A stretch of DNA of 61,262 nucleotides from an uncultured Actinomycetes bacterium (lineage in GTDB: Bacteria; Actinomycetota; Acidimicrobiia; Acidimicrobiales; Ilumatobacteraceae): the NCBI GenBank assembly GCA_937928715.1, contig CALEZQ010000157.1:1-61262 (forward strand). The letters run 5' to 3'. The position numbers were made by a program, and so were the translations under genes. Positions within the stretch are counted from its first letter, which is position 1. Every line of letters starts with the position of its first letter. Below are positions 43,402-54,253 of this stretch, in pieces. The notes under the pieces were generated by a model that did no database searches, was not told where the DNA came from, and was given only the letters and a program-made list of their open reading frames with translations.

Positions 43402-46347
43402 GTGACCACCACCCAAGCAAACCCCTTGACACGTAGCGTCAAGCGGCGATCCCGGCAGACCAGTCTGCGGCTTGCGACAGCCCTCGCCACCGTCGCCGTC
43501 GGTCTTGCTTGGCCGCAAGCTGCTTCCGTGTACGCGACACCACCGCGAGCCACCGGAACAGTGACAATGGACACCAACGCCGACGGAGCCATCGGGACCG
43601 GCACCAACACCGGGTCCACCGAAGCTGGGTTCAGCGCCGTCAACCTGACCGTCGTCTGCACCGACAACACCGTCATCGGCGGGCCCGTCACCCCGGCGAC
43701 CAACGGCACCTGGGCGATCGAGAACCTCACCACATGTGCCACGGGCCAAGCCTTCGTGCGCGCCACGATCACCGACAACCGCTACACCATTACCAACGCA
43801 GCCAGCAGCGTCAACGACACCCCCCGTACCACCAACCCGAGCATCGGAGAATCCGCGCCATTCGCCGTCGACCCCGCGACTGACATCACCGTCGACACCC
43901 TCGTTCGACCCGACTGGTATCTCGACCTCACCATCCCTAACGACGGTGCCAGCGGACTCCCGGCCGTCTACGACGGCACGGCTCCGTTCGACGCCACCTG
44001 CCCACAAGCCGGGAATGACTGCGCCGCCCAGGACCTCACCGTCCGCACCCAAGACACCGTCACATTCACCTGGTCGGTCACTGGTTCATCACTCGACGAC
44101 AACGCAGGATCCATCGGAGACGTCGTCCTCGAACAAACACTCAACCTCGACCCGGACGGCCCCGGCGGTAACCCGCCATCAGTCGCCACCTTCGACCGCG
44201 TCCCAACACGCTGCACCACCGCCGGCGGCGGCGGAACCCCGCCGCCCACCAGCCGCTTCGTTGCGCTTCCGTCAAACACCACACTGTCCACCGACCAAAC
44301 CCCACCTGCAGGTACCACGCACGTGGTGCTGACCTGCAACCTTGGTGTGTGGGCCCAGACCGGGGACGCGGTCCTCGTTCAACCTGTTGTGAAGGTGTCT
44401 GGCCAATCACCCAACGGCAGTACCTTCGCAACAACGGCACGCGTCTACGCAGTGAACGACAGCAACCAGCCCACTGCCGTACCGACCGCTAACTACCAGT
44501 TCGGCCCCATCGACATCACCGCAGCACCCAGATACGACCTCGAAAAGCGCGGCTGGTTCTACGCCGACTACACATACGGCGACGTCGGAACCGGTCTCGG
44601 CAGCGAACCTGGCTACAAAGCACTTGCTGTAATTCAGATCAGCACCGACCGACGGGTCGGCGTGGAAGCGCTGCAACAACCGATCCAGATCACCGAAGAC
44701 GTCTTTGCGACCCTGAGTAACGGCGCTACCGGATTCGGTGGGCTCGAATACGTCATCCGGAGCTGCGCCCCCAACGCCAATCCATTCCCGGGCGTCGTTG
44801 TCGCCAACCTGCCCACCTACCCGAACTCCAACGTCGCGAACACTGGAACGTGCAGCTTCACCCGCAACACAGCCGGCGACGCCACCAGCGACTACACGCT
44901 CACCTTCGACGGAATCGACATGAGTGGCCTGCGCTACCCAACGCAGAACATCTCCGGAGGCTCACTCGCCGCCGGCCCGTACTACGTCGCCTCGTTCGCA
45001 GTTGAAGTGTTCGTCCCGCTTCGATCCGTCGACATCGCCGACGGGACCGCCGACTCAACAGGCTCCATCCAGCTCTACAACCGTGTCGGAGGCTTCGACC
45101 CCAACGGAGTCAGCGGTCCCACCAACAACTACGGCACCGGGGTCGAACCCGGATATTGCCAACCCACCAGTGTTGACGGCAGCAACCTCAACACCCCAGG
45201 ATTTCCGCAATGCGACCTGATGACCGGAGGCACCAAGAGCAACAACCTCATCGGCCCAGCCACCATCAACGTGGGTGGGGGACGAGGGTTCAACAAGACC
45301 ATCCTCAACTACAGCAGGTTTGACCTGGGCAACTACGGCTGGCCGGATCAAGCGACTTCCAACCACGGTGGGGACGGTGTCGCACAACCGGGCCAGGTGT
45401 ATGAGAGCCAGGTTTCTTCTTACAACATCTCGCCGTTGGCTTGGACGAACTCCCAGACATGCGACGTGTTTGACAACACGATGGCTGTCCTCGCCGAGTC
45501 GACAAGTGCTGTACCGGACGGAGTGCCCGGCGTTTACGCCTGGGTTGCACGCTCCGCGCCCGGAGTATGGATCGTGGAGTACGCACACATCGCCATCGAC
45601 TACGACACCGATGGCACAGGACCCGACACGGGAGATGATCCTCTCGGCGCCGGCACGATCAACCCGGTCACCGGGAGATATCACGGAACTTGGTCAAGTC
45701 AGGCATCTGTACGTTGCAACGACGACACTCCCGCCGCGGGATGGTTCACCGACCCTAACCTCGTACCTGGAGGCATCGACGCTGTCAACGCGGTTCGGGT
45801 TCGACCCGGCGTCGACCCCTCCACGGGCCAACTCACCACGCAGCCATTCATCACGTACCTGAATGCCGTTGTGCCGACCCGCTTACGAGACACCTTTCAC
45901 GGCGGGCCTCATGACGGTGAGGTGATCCCGGCCGGCGCCGTGTTCGCGAACTACGGGGCTGTGCGATCAGATCAGATCAACGGAGGCGCATGGAGTCCGC
46001 GGAACTACGTCCCGGCACCCGAGACCAGCAACTTTTATGACGGTGACCGCGTCACCATCACCCGGGCCATCCCGGCCATACAGAAGCGGACAATCACCGT
46101 TGACGGGATTGGCGACGGGGCCGCGCCGGTCGGAACGACAGGGTCGGCCATCGCCGGCAACCCGATCGTGTGGGAGGTGCTGCCGACGTTGACGGCGGTC
46201 AGTGACACCCCGGCCCCGGTGGAGAACCTGGTGGTGCGTGACCTGGACGCCGAACACCCCGATTCCGCCACGCCGGATCTGCACGATGTCAGATCCGCTG
46301 GCCCCGAACGCCACGGCGCTCGTCAATCGTGCCGAGGTGACCTATGA
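43402..46347 (+). CDS. Second giant adhesin, N-terminal portion (signal peptide, no anchor), ending after a frameshift
   Basis: GTG 43402 with GAGGAG upstream. Signal: RRSRQTSLRLATALATVAVGLAWPQAASVYA. The coding-like frame switches near 46285, and the frame-1 tail (RSAGPERHGARQSCRGDL) looks non-native. Confidence 0.7.
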   Translation: MTTTQANPLTRSVKRRSRQTSLRLATALATVAVGLAWPQAASVYATPPRATGTVTMDTNADGAIGTGTNTGSTEAGFSAVNLTVVCTDNTVIGGPVTPATNGTWAIENLTTCATGQAFVRATITDNRYTITNAASSVNDTPRTTNPSIGESAPFAVDPATDITVDTLVRPDWYLDLTIPNDGASGLPAVYDGTAPFDATCPQAGNDCAAQDLTVRTQDTVTFTWSVTGSSLDDNAGSIGDVVLEQTLNLDPDGPGGNPPSVATFDRVPTRCTTAGGGGTPPPTSRFVALPSNTTLSTDQTPPAGTTHVVLTCNLGVWAQTGDAVLVQPVVKVSGQSPNGSTFATTARVYAVNDSNQPTAVPTANYQFGPIDITAAPRYDLEKRGWFYADYTYGDVGTGLGSEPGYKALAVIQISTDRRVGVEALQQPIQITEDVFATLSNGATGFGGLEYVIRSCAPNANPFPGVVVANLPTYPNSNVANTGTCSFTRNTAGDATSDYTLTFDGIDMSGLRYPTQNISGGSLAAGPYYVASFAVEVFVPLRSVDIADGTADSTGSIQLYNRVGGFDPNGVSGPTNNYGTGVEPGYCQPTSVDGSNLNTPGFPQCDLMTGGTKSNNLIGPATINVGGGRGFNKTILNYSRFDLGNYGWPDQATSNHGGDGVAQPGQVYESQVSSYNISPLAWTNSQTCDVFDNTMAVLAESTSAVPDGVPGVYAWVARSAPGVWIVEYAHIAIDYDTDGTGPDTGDDPLGAGTINPVTGRYHGTWSSQASVRCNDDTPAAGWFTDPNLVPGGIDAVNAVRVRPGVDPSTGQLTTQPFITYLNAVVPTRLRDTFHGGPHDGEVIPAGAVFANYGAVRSDQINGGAWSPRNYVPAPETSNFYDGDRVTITRAIPAIQKRTITVDGIGDGAAPVGTTGSAIAGNPIVWEVLPTLTAVSDTPAPVENLVVRDLDAEHPDSATPDLHDVRSAGPERHGARQSCRGDL

Positions 46348-49300
46348 CGGCACCACGGTCACACCGTTCGATCTGCACACAGTGAACCTTGCCCAAACAG
46401 GCGAGGTGAAGCTCCGCAAGAGCGTCGACAGTTCGCTCGACCTCTTGAACGACAACCAGGTGTACACGCTGACAGCCCAGAACTTCTCGGAAACACTGAC
46501 CGTCGGGGCACCGACCTTCATCGAGGTGTTCCCCTACAACGGCGACAGTACGAACACTGCTGGCGTGAACCGTTCACCGGCCTCGGATTTCGATGGCGGT
46601 CTCACCTTGGTGGCGGTGCCGACCGTCACCAATGTTGCCGGTGGCGCGTATCCGGCGCAGGTGCTGTACACGGCAGATGCGCCGGCAACCGTCAGCCAGG
46701 ATCTCAACACGAACACGTCTACCTGGTGCTCGTTCTCTGCTGGGTCTTTCACCGTGGTGTCCGGTGCGGGTCCCTGTCCGACAACGTTGGCATCAGTGAC
46801 CGCCTTGAAGGTCATCGGCGGGGCGGCGCTGACACCTTTCACCACGACCGCCACATCGGGCGCAACGATCCGGTTCACGCTGCAGGCCGGGAACACCGCC
46901 GATCCACTGGCCGCGGATGCGAACGGGGCGAACAATGTGTACTCCAACCGCTTCACGGTGTTCTCGTCGACGTTCGCTAACAGCGCCGGTGTCTTCCAGG
47001 TGTTGGCGTCGAACCGCACAACGGTGCGGACAGTGTCGCACTCCGTGGGGGACTGGGTGTTTGTGGATCGGGATCACGACGGCCTGTACACCGCGGGTCG
47101 TGACACGGTGGTCCCTGACGGAACCCGAGTTCAATTGTGGTATCGACCCGTGGCGGGAGCACCGATCCTTGTCGACTCCACCACCACTACCGCCGGTCGG
47201 TACCAGCTCACCGAGCTGGGTGCCGGCACCTACTTCGTCGAAATCCCGGCGACCGAGTTCGCGTCAGGTCCGCTCGTTGGGTTCGTCGTCGCCCCCGTGG
47301 CGGCCTCCACAGACGTCGATGAGAACGACGACGAATCACATGATGCGATCGCCGGGCCCGCGGGCGCGGTGAGGTCGAATGATTTCGTCTTGTCTGCGAC
47401 CGCGACAGCCGGCAACGTGACAGGCAACGAACCGGTCGGCGAGAACATTCACAATGTCACCGACCCGACAACGACCGACCCGTTCTCGAACCTGGCGATC
47501 GACCTTGCGGTAGCGCAAGAGCCCTCGATCGACATCGAGAAAGAGGTATGCACCCTCACCGACAACTCTTGCGACCCTGCCGCGACAATCGGGTCGGGTG
47601 GCTGGTCTGTCGACAACGTGCCCGGCGCCGGTCCCACCAGCGAAACGACCGCTCGCGACTTCCTCGACACCGCGCTGTGGCGGATCATCGTCACCAACAC
47701 CGGTGGCGAGTACCTCACCGACGTGACCGTCACTGACGACGAGGAACCAGCCTGTGATCGAGACATCACCAGCATCGCCGGGTTCGCGGACTTTGCACCG
47801 GACGCCGTTGAGATCTGGACCTGTGAGACCACCGGACTGCTGGCGAGCATCGAACCGAACACTGCGACCGTCACAGCGGTCCCTGTCAACGGAACCGAAA
47901 CGGTCGACGACGTTGATACTGCGAACGTCACCTTGCCGGACGCGACCACGGATATTGCGGTCATCAAGTTCGTCAACGGTGACGACGCCAACACCGCTCC
48001 CGGCTTGTACATCCCGGTTGGAGACACGGCATCTTGGACCTATCAGGTCACCAACACGGGCGTGGTACCTGTGATCAACGTTGTCGTCGTTGACGACGCC
48101 GGCACCGTCGGTGACACCGGCGATGACTTCCAACCGGTGTATTTGTCGGGTGACAGCGACAGCGACAACCGGCTCGATGTCGGCGAAGTCTGGCTCTACG
48201 AGTCACCGTCCACGGAGACGCTGACGGTCGCCGCGGGTGCATACGCAAACATCGCGACCGCCACTGGCAACCCGATCACCGACCCAACTGTCGAACTTGT
48301 GGACGAGGACCCGGCCCACCACTACGGGGTGACCGCGTCGATCCAGTTGGTGAAGAAGGTGCAAACATTCGACGCGAACACCGCACCCGGTCCAAGAGTA
48401 GCGGTCGGCGCAGATGTCCGATGGACGTTCGAAGTGACGAACACAGGCAACGTCCACCTGGCCGACGTCACCCTCAACGACCCGCTGATCGGCAACGCAA
48501 CCATCGACTGCGATGGCGACAACATCATCGCTCTGCTCGCCCCAGGCGACACCATCGACTGTGTTGCCAGCAGCTCCGCAGCCGCTCCTGGCCAGGTGAG
48601 CAACATCGCCGACGTCATAGGCACCCCTTCCTCGCCTGCGGGCGAACCGATCGACGGAGTTGCTGATGTCACTGACGACGACCCAGCGAACTACATCGCC
48701 GTCACCCAAGGCATCGATGTAGAGAAGTCGGTCCAAACACTGTTCGATGCCGACACCCTTCTCGACGACGATCCGACGTGGTACCCAGTCGGTGACAGCG
48801 ACAGCACCACCGTCCCGTTGGTCGCCACAGGGTCGACCGTGAAGTGGACGTTCGTGATCCGTAACACCGGCAGCGTCGCGCTCCACGCTGTGACCTTCCT
48901 CGACGACCAGACCGACCTCGCTGACGTCACATGCGACAACGGGCGGACCGTCCCCAACTTGGGGACATTGGGAGCCGGTGAGGTCATCACCTGCACCACC
49001 ATCGGTAACGCAACGGAGGGCAACCATCTCAACACGGCCAGCGTCACCGGGACCGGACCGACCACCGTTGACATCAACGGCGCCATCGTCGATGCGGTTG
49101 ACAGCAGCGACGACGACACAGCCAACTACACGGGTATCGCCCCGGCGGTGGAGATCGTCAAGTACACCCAGACCGTGTTCGACGCTGACAGCAACGACCG
49201 CAACGATACGACCGATCCCTGGCCACTGATCCGCGACGGCGGCGACGTCAAATGGACCTACAAGGTCACCAACAGTGGGTCAGCAGTCCTCACCGATGTA

Positions 49301-50905
49301 GAGGTCACCGACGACAAGGTTGATGCCGGCGACATCGTGTGCTCGCTTGACGCACCTTCTGCCGGCACCACCGATCTCGCCGACGGTGACAACAGCATTG
49401 ACACGGTCGCTCCCGGCGACACCTACCTGTGCGTCGCCTACGGCACTGCCGGCCCCGGCGACTATCAGAACACCGGAACGGTCACCGGCACAGGCCCTGG
49501 CACGGTAGATGATAACGGTGAACCAGTCGACGGTGTGAAGGTCACCGACAACAACCCGTCGCACTACTACGGCGCTGTGTCACACATCGACATCGAGAAG
49601 GCCGTCCAAACACTGTTCGACGCGGACAGCAGCCTCGATGACGACCCCGATCACTATCCGACCGGCGACGCCGATTCAACGACCGTCCCATTCGTGAAGG
49701 CCGGAAGCGATGTCCTGTGGACCTTCCAAGTGCACAACTCCGGCAACACCGAACTCACCGACGTCACCATCACCGACGACAAGCTCGCCGCCACCAGCAT
49801 CGACTGCGGCGACGGCACCAACATCATCGGCGAGCTTCCTGTGGACGGCACGGTGACCTGCACCGCAACCGGCACTGCCCCAACTGGGACGCACACCAAC
49901 ACAGCCACCGCTACCGGAACCGGGCCGCAAAGCGTTGATGTTGACGGCGAACCGGTCACCGGTGAAACCGTGACTGACACCGACACCGCCAACCTCTACG
50001 GTGCCGACCCACACATCAGCATCACCAAGTACGTGAATGGCTACGACGCGAACGTCGCGCCAGGCCTCATCGTCAAACAAGGCGACCCGCTGACCTTCCA
50101 GTATGTGGTCACCAACACCGGCAACACCGAACTCGCCGATGTGACGGTCACCGACGATCAAGGCGTCATCGTGAACTGCGGCGACAACGGCAATGTCATC
50201 GGCGACATGGCCATCGGAGCAGAAGCCGTCTGCACTGGTACAGCGATAGCAACGTTCAACGGCCAATACACGAACATCGGAACCGTATCGGGTGTAGGCC
50301 CGGACTACGTCGGCACAGACGGACAGCCCGTCGACGGTGACACCGTCACCGACGACGACCCCGCGAACGTCTTCACTCCCGTTGCGGCTATTGACATCAT
50401 CAAGTATGCCAACGGCGACGACGCCAACTCCGCGCCGGGGGTTCTGGTCGGCTGGAAGAGTACCGTCACCTTCACCTACGTCGTCACCAATACCGGGAAC
50501 GTTGCGCTCGCCGACGTCACGGTCACTGACGACCGTGGAGTGATCGTGAACTGTGGTGACAACACTCCGACGATCGCAATGCTGGAGCCTTCGGAACGAG
50601 TCACCTGCACGGGCACATCCCCGGCTGGTCTGCATTACGCCGACAACCCATACCGGAACATCGGCAGCGTTTCTGGCACACCGGTGCCCGCCTTCCCCGA
50701 CTGGCAGAGCGTGGAAGATCGGCCCGTGTTCAGCCCGGTGACCGACAACGACCCAGCTCACTATCACGTCAAGAACTCCAGCGGCCCGACGGTCCCCGAG
50801 ACCGGCAGCAACCTGCCCGGTACGTTGCTCCCCGCAGCAGCCTTCACGATTCTCGCCGGTATCGCTGCGCTTCTCTTGGGCCGCCGCCGCCAGATCAGCC
50901 GCTGA
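46286..50905 (+). CDS. Second giant adhesin, C-terminal portion (SdrD-B-like and about 10 DUF7507-like repeats, VPETG sorting signal, no signal peptide)
   Basis: ORF 46202..50905; the first ATG is at 46286. Repeats end in DPAHHYG, DPANYIA, NPSHYYG and DPAHYHV. VPETG (50792-50806) is followed by a hydrophobic helix and RRRQ. There is no N-terminal export signal, which argues that this is the continuation of 43402..46347. Confidence 0.75.
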   Translation: MSDPLAPNATALVNRAEVTYDGTTVTPFDLHTVNLAQTGEVKLRKSVDSSLDLLNDNQVYTLTAQNFSETLTVGAPTFIEVFPYNGDSTNTAGVNRSPASDFDGGLTLVAVPTVTNVAGGAYPAQVLYTADAPATVSQDLNTNTSTWCSFSAGSFTVVSGAGPCPTTLASVTALKVIGGAALTPFTTTATSGATIRFTLQAGNTADPLAADANGANNVYSNRFTVFSSTFANSAGVFQVLASNRTTVRTVSHSVGDWVFVDRDHDGLYTAGRDTVVPDGTRVQLWYRPVAGAPILVDSTTTTAGRYQLTELGAGTYFVEIPATEFASGPLVGFVVAPVAASTDVDENDDESHDAIAGPAGAVRSNDFVLSATATAGNVTGNEPVGENIHNVTDPTTTDPFSNLAIDLAVAQEPSIDIEKEVCTLTDNSCDPAATIGSGGWSVDNVPGAGPTSETTARDFLDTALWRIIVTNTGGEYLTDVTVTDDEEPACDRDITSIAGFADFAPDAVEIWTCETTGLLASIEPNTATVTAVPVNGTETVDDVDTANVTLPDATTDIAVIKFVNGDDANTAPGLYIPVGDTASWTYQVTNTGVVPVINVVVVDDAGTVGDTGDDFQPVYLSGDSDSDNRLDVGEVWLYESPSTETLTVAAGAYANIATATGNPITDPTVELVDEDPAHHYGVTASIQLVKKVQTFDANTAPGPRVAVGADVRWTFEVTNTGNVHLADVTLNDPLIGNATIDCDGDNIIALLAPGDTIDCVASSSAAAPGQVSNIADVIGTPSSPAGEPIDGVADVTDDDPANYIAVTQGIDVEKSVQTLFDADTLLDDDPTWYPVGDSDSTTVPLVATGSTVKWTFVIRNTGSVALHAVTFLDDQTDLADVTCDNGRTVPNLGTLGAGEVITCTTIGNATEGNHLNTASVTGTGPTTVDINGAIVDAVDSSDDDTANYTGIAPAVEIVKYTQTVFDADSNDRNDTTDPWPLIRDGGDVKWTYKVTNSGSAVLTDVEVTDDKVDAGDIVCSLDAPSAGTTDLADGDNSIDTVAPGDTYLCVAYGTAGPGDYQNTGTVTGTGPGTVDDNGEPVDGVKVTDNNPSHYYGAVSHIDIEKAVQTLFDADSSLDDDPDHYPTGDADSTTVPFVKAGSDVLWTFQVHNSGNTELTDVTITDDKLAATSIDCGDGTNIIGELPVDGTVTCTATGTAPTGTHTNTATATGTGPQSVDVDGEPVTGETVTDTDTANLYGADPHISITKYVNGYDANVAPGLIVKQGDPLTFQYVVTNTGNTELADVTVTDDQGVIVNCGDNGNVIGDMAIGAEAVCTGTAIATFNGQYTNIGTVSGVGPDYVGTDGQPVDGDTVTDDDPANVFTPVAAIDIIKYANGDDANSAPGVLVGWKSTVTFTYVVTNTGNVALADVTVTDDRGVIVNCGDNTPTIAMLEPSERVTCTGTSPAGLHYADNPYRNIGSVSGTPVPAFPDWQSVEDRPVFSPVTDNDPAHYHVKNSSGPTVPETGSNLPGTLLPAAAFTILAGIAALLLGRRRQISR

Positions 50906-50924
50906 CCCCGAGCGGCTACCAGCC

Positions 50925-50959
50925 GCGGCATCCACGGACCCGCTCTCCGCGGATGCCGC
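50925..50959 (+). terminator. GC-rich hairpin downstream of the adhesin stop (candidate intrinsic terminator, no U-tract)
   Basis: gcggcatccacgg / ccgcggatgccgc form a 13-bp stem with one mismatch and a 9-nt loop, 20 nt after the TGA at 50903-50905. Confidence 0.5.
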
Positions 50960-50964
50960 AAGGA

Positions 50965-51009
50965 CTCGGGCAGAGATAGGCCTTCAACACGACCTATCTC
51001 CTGCCCGAG
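50965..51009 (+). terminator. Second hairpin (about 16-bp stem with one bulge)
   Basis: ctcgggcagagatagg / cctatctcctgcccgag with a 12-nt loop. Confidence 0.5.
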
Positions 51010-51150
51010 CTCCAAGCCCAGAGGACCCCTGTGGTGAAGTGTCTAGCTGTGGACGGTCGGGTGTTCGTGCGTCGTGACGCCGACGACGGCGGATTGGAGG
51101 CGTAGTAGGTTGTTGCGAGCGGCACTGCAAACTCTGGCGGAGAGGACCAA

Positions 51151-52362
51151 GTGACGGATGAATCGAACTCGATCGGGCCGGAGGGAGCGGGCGAACTGCT
51201 CGAACCTTCGGTCACTTACAGTCGGCGACAGCGCGGGTTCGCTGCCTGGGTGCTCGTCGTCGCTGCCGCATTAGCGGTTCCGATTGCTCTGCACCGTGGC
51301 GGCTCAGGGAAGGAGCCGGTGGCGGTGCGCCCAGGTCCTTCGCCTCCGCCAGGTCCCGACGGGGTGCGCCCCGTCCTTACAACGGCGCCGCTGGTGATCG
51401 ACTTTGTGTCCACCAGCGAACCCCCCGTACCCTCTGCGCCCAGTGGGGGGTCGAGCAGCGGTTCCACCTCGGTTGAGCCGGATGTCACAACTCCTGTATC
51501 GGCGCCTTCGGTGCCGCCTACGACTTCAGCACCGACGTCGACGACTTCGCCGCAGACGGCTGATGTCGACCTTGGGCTCAGCTACGTGGTAGGAGACCGA
51601 GTGGTTGGAGTAACGGAGCCCGAGTTGTCAAGGGACGAGATCGTTGCGCAGTTCGGTGTACCTGAGCAGTTTCGTTGGATCGCGGAAACCAGGGTGATGA
51701 GGGTAGTGCTGTGGAACGGGGTGCACATCTGGCAGGTTGCTGATGGTCGCGCGCTGGTCGACACGGCGCAGGCTGGCTGGCAGCGGCAACTGTTGTCCGT
51801 GGTTGCTTCGAGGTTGTCGGCTATCGACTACTTCGGGGTTGGAATGGGGGTGAGCCAGTTCGTGTCCCCATCGTTCGTTGAGCCGGGCTTCCACGTTCTT
51901 CGAGTTGGCTACGTCGGCGCCGTCATTGTTGACGATGAAGGTCTTGTCTACGTCCATTCGTCGGTTCCGGGCGGCCCGGCGAGCGAAGACCAATGGCCCC
52001 TGCCTCCCCAGCTCTCTTCCCTTCCAGCAGTGCAGCTCGCTGCGAGTCGAGGGTGGCAGCTCGACTACAGCGCCTTCACCTACGCAGTGATGTGGCAGCA
52101 GGGGCACGCCTGGGGAAGCCTCACGTTCCACCATCCGCGTCGGCCCGCTACACCTGCGGAGGCGCTCTCTCAGCTCTGCAACGGCTTCGAACAGTCAGTC
52201 GTGGGGGGAACGACGATCTGGTCATGCGACGCTGCGGGGGCCACCTTCACCATTTGGTCCGACGACGAGGACCCCGACGGGTGGACCCTCACGGCCGCAC
52301 TCAACGGCACCGCAGAGATGCCGTGGCTGTTTCTCGGTGAGCGCTCGCCGGAATCCGGCTAG
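51151..52362 (+). CDS. Membrane-anchored Pro/Ser/Thr-rich hypothetical protein
   Basis: GTG 51151 with GGAGAGGA upstream. A single TM (GFAAWVLVVAAALAVPIAL) is followed by a P/S/T-rich linker and a ~270-aa globular region with no recognised motif. Confidence 0.6.
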   Translation: MTDESNSIGPEGAGELLEPSVTYSRRQRGFAAWVLVVAAALAVPIALHRGGSGKEPVAVRPGPSPPPGPDGVRPVLTTAPLVIDFVSTSEPPVPSAPSGGSSSGSTSVEPDVTTPVSAPSVPPTTSAPTSTTSPQTADVDLGLSYVVGDRVVGVTEPELSRDEIVAQFGVPEQFRWIAETRVMRVVLWNGVHIWQVADGRALVDTAQAGWQRQLLSVVASRLSAIDYFGVGMGVSQFVSPSFVEPGFHVLRVGYVGAVIVDDEGLVYVHSSVPGGPASEDQWPLPPQLSSLPAVQLAASRGWQLDYSAFTYAVMWQQGHAWGSLTFHHPRRPATPAEALSQLCNGFEQSVVGGTTIWSCDAAGATFTIWSDDEDPDGWTLTAALNGTAEMPWLFLGERSPESG

Positions 52363-52419
52363 GTGGCGCGCCTCCCTGACTGACACGGCAATGACCGACA
52401 GGTCTAGCTTGATCTGGCG

Positions 52420-53394
52420 TCAACACGCTATGCCCAACCGGCGCAGCCCCTTTGGGTGGAGTATGTGGAAGTCGATGTCATAGATGGTCGGCCAATCAGG
52501 TTGAAGTTGGATCCATGCTGCGAACGCTGCATCCGAGTTTGGTCCCCAGTACCCGTCGATCTCGCCAGGTGAGAATCCGGACTCCAGCAGCGCTTGTTGC
52601 AGCAGCCGAACCTCATCGGCTGGGTAGTTGCGTTCCCCCCACGCAAGCAGGTCTGCTGAGCCGCTGATGCACCCCGATACGACCGGGATCAGTTCTAGCT
52701 CAACACCGATCGTGAGCTCTCGAACCTGGGTGCCGGAGGGACAGCAGGCGGGGTCTTCGGCGGAATAGACAGGGACCACAGCGGTGGCTCCAACGTCTGA
52801 AGTTGCTGAGAACTCGGTACCAAGCGGGAAGGTCTCAACATCGCGAACCTGGCCGCCTTGGTCGAGCAACACGAGCCCGGTGAAGCCGCCGCGGCCTGTC
52901 GGGCCCACAAGACAGACGAATGAGATGAGTTGGCGCCCATCGGCGAGAGCCCGAACCGTTGCCACTGAAACCGACAAGGGATCGAGTGGGTCCGAGTTGT
53001 CCGACCAAACGCCTCCTACAACGTTGACGCTCGGCACGCGGCCGCAGCTGAGCGCATAGGTCAGGTTCAATGGGTCGATCGGCGGCACGTCCGCGGTCGA
53101 ACTGGTAGCTGGGGCCAAGGTCGGCTCGGGCATGTCGCCCGCAGACGAGTCGATGACAGTCGTCGGTGCACTTGTCAGGGTTGCCGGCGAAGAGAAGCTG
53201 TCGGTCGTCGCCGAGGAAGCGGTCTGCGTTTCCGTGCGTTGGGCCCACCACAGCCCGACCGCGGCGACGGCGACGACGGCGATGATCGCCACATGGAGTG
53301 GCCAGAGTGCCCGCGGCGGGTGCCCGGAATCGGATGGCGGGGCCAGCATGGGTGGCGGCGGCGGAGGGAATGGCTGAGAGCTTTGGGTGTTCAT
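52420..53394 (-). CDS. Membrane-anchored protein with a C-terminal peptidoglycan-binding (PG_binding_1-like) domain
   Basis: The N-terminus is Pro-rich, with TM LWPLHVAIIAVVAVAAVGLWW. The C-terminal VRLLQQALLESGFSPGEIDGYWGPNSDAAFAAWI matches the PG-binding repeat pattern. Confidence 0.65.
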   Translation of the reverse strand: MNTQSSQPFPPPPPPMLAPPSDSGHPPRALWPLHVAIIAVVAVAAVGLWWAQRTETQTASSATTDSFSSPATLTSAPTTVIDSSAGDMPEPTLAPATSSTADVPPIDPLNLTYALSCGRVPSVNVVGGVWSDNSDPLDPLSVSVATVRALADGRQLISFVCLVGPTGRGGFTGLVLLDQGGQVRDVETFPLGTEFSATSDVGATAVVPVYSAEDPACCPSGTQVRELTIGVELELIPVVSGCISGSADLLAWGERNYPADEVRLLQQALLESGFSPGEIDGYWGPNSDAAFAAWIQLQPDWPTIYDIDFHILHPKGLRRLGIAC

Positions 53395-53805
53395 GCTGTT
53401 CTCGGATTCCAGTTGCGACGCGACGCGGGCATTGAGACGCCCGAGTCGTTCAGGTCAGGAGAGGAGCCTGTCGTGACCCGCTTGTTCTGTGAAGGAAGAC
53501 GTGGAGGCGCAGCAGCGATGACGCAGCTCTCAGAGATCCCAAGGTGTTCTATCGCCTGACATGCGGGGTACGAGTCGCCCGTCATCCCGAGTTCAGCGCC
53601 GTCCTATGACTGAGGGTGCCTAGCCGTGTTGAGTTGGTGGACCACTAGGGTGGCTTTGGGAGGGCCTCGGCGGTGACGACTGGCGGGTAGGCTGCGGACT
53701 CGTGACAGAGATTCTCGCCTGGGCTCGTTTCCGAGCAGCCTCGGCTGAGGGAGTCGGTCGAGGCTCTACGGGGTGAGGGGCCGGGTCACGGACAAGTGTG
53801 GGTAA

Positions 53806-53958
53806 CCGCGTGGGGCCTCACTGATCGTGGCTTGGCACGAGTCGCACGTGTCGAACGGGCCGACCGAAGCGATCAACAACTTGGACAAGCGGGTGAAGCG
53901 GACAATCGAGTTTGGGTTCCACCGATTCGAACACCACCGGACCGGCACCGTGAGCTAG
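53806..53958 (+). pseudogene. ISL3-family transposase C-terminal remnant
   Basis: The in-frame fragment RGASLIVAWHESHVSNGPTEAINNLDKRVKRTIEFGFHRFEHHR matches the conserved ISL3 C-terminus (AWH.A.VSNGPTEA.NN.IKR.KR..fGFr.f). A stop lies immediately upstream (TAA at 53803). Weaker frame-shifted similarity (RPNWSLI) continues to about 54010. Confidence 0.6.
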
Positions 53959-54253
53959 GCCGACCGACCCAACTGGTCACTCATCGACCAACACTCCACC
54001 CTGACATCCGAAGCGCCCGTAATCGATGGTTCGGCGTCACCAGCGTCCGCTGCCGTCGTCTTGTGCAAGAGGAGCAAACGATGAGAGCGGTGATTCCAGT
54101 GGCTGGCTCGCGATGGTCCGGTGGCGGTGGTGGGGCCAGCGAACTCTGCAGCGAAGTGAGGGATGAACGCGTGTTCAATCAGCTAGCTTGGTTATACGTG
54201 GCGGCGGAACCGAGGCCGTGTTTAGCATTGGGTCTCGTCGAGAGGGGCGACGA

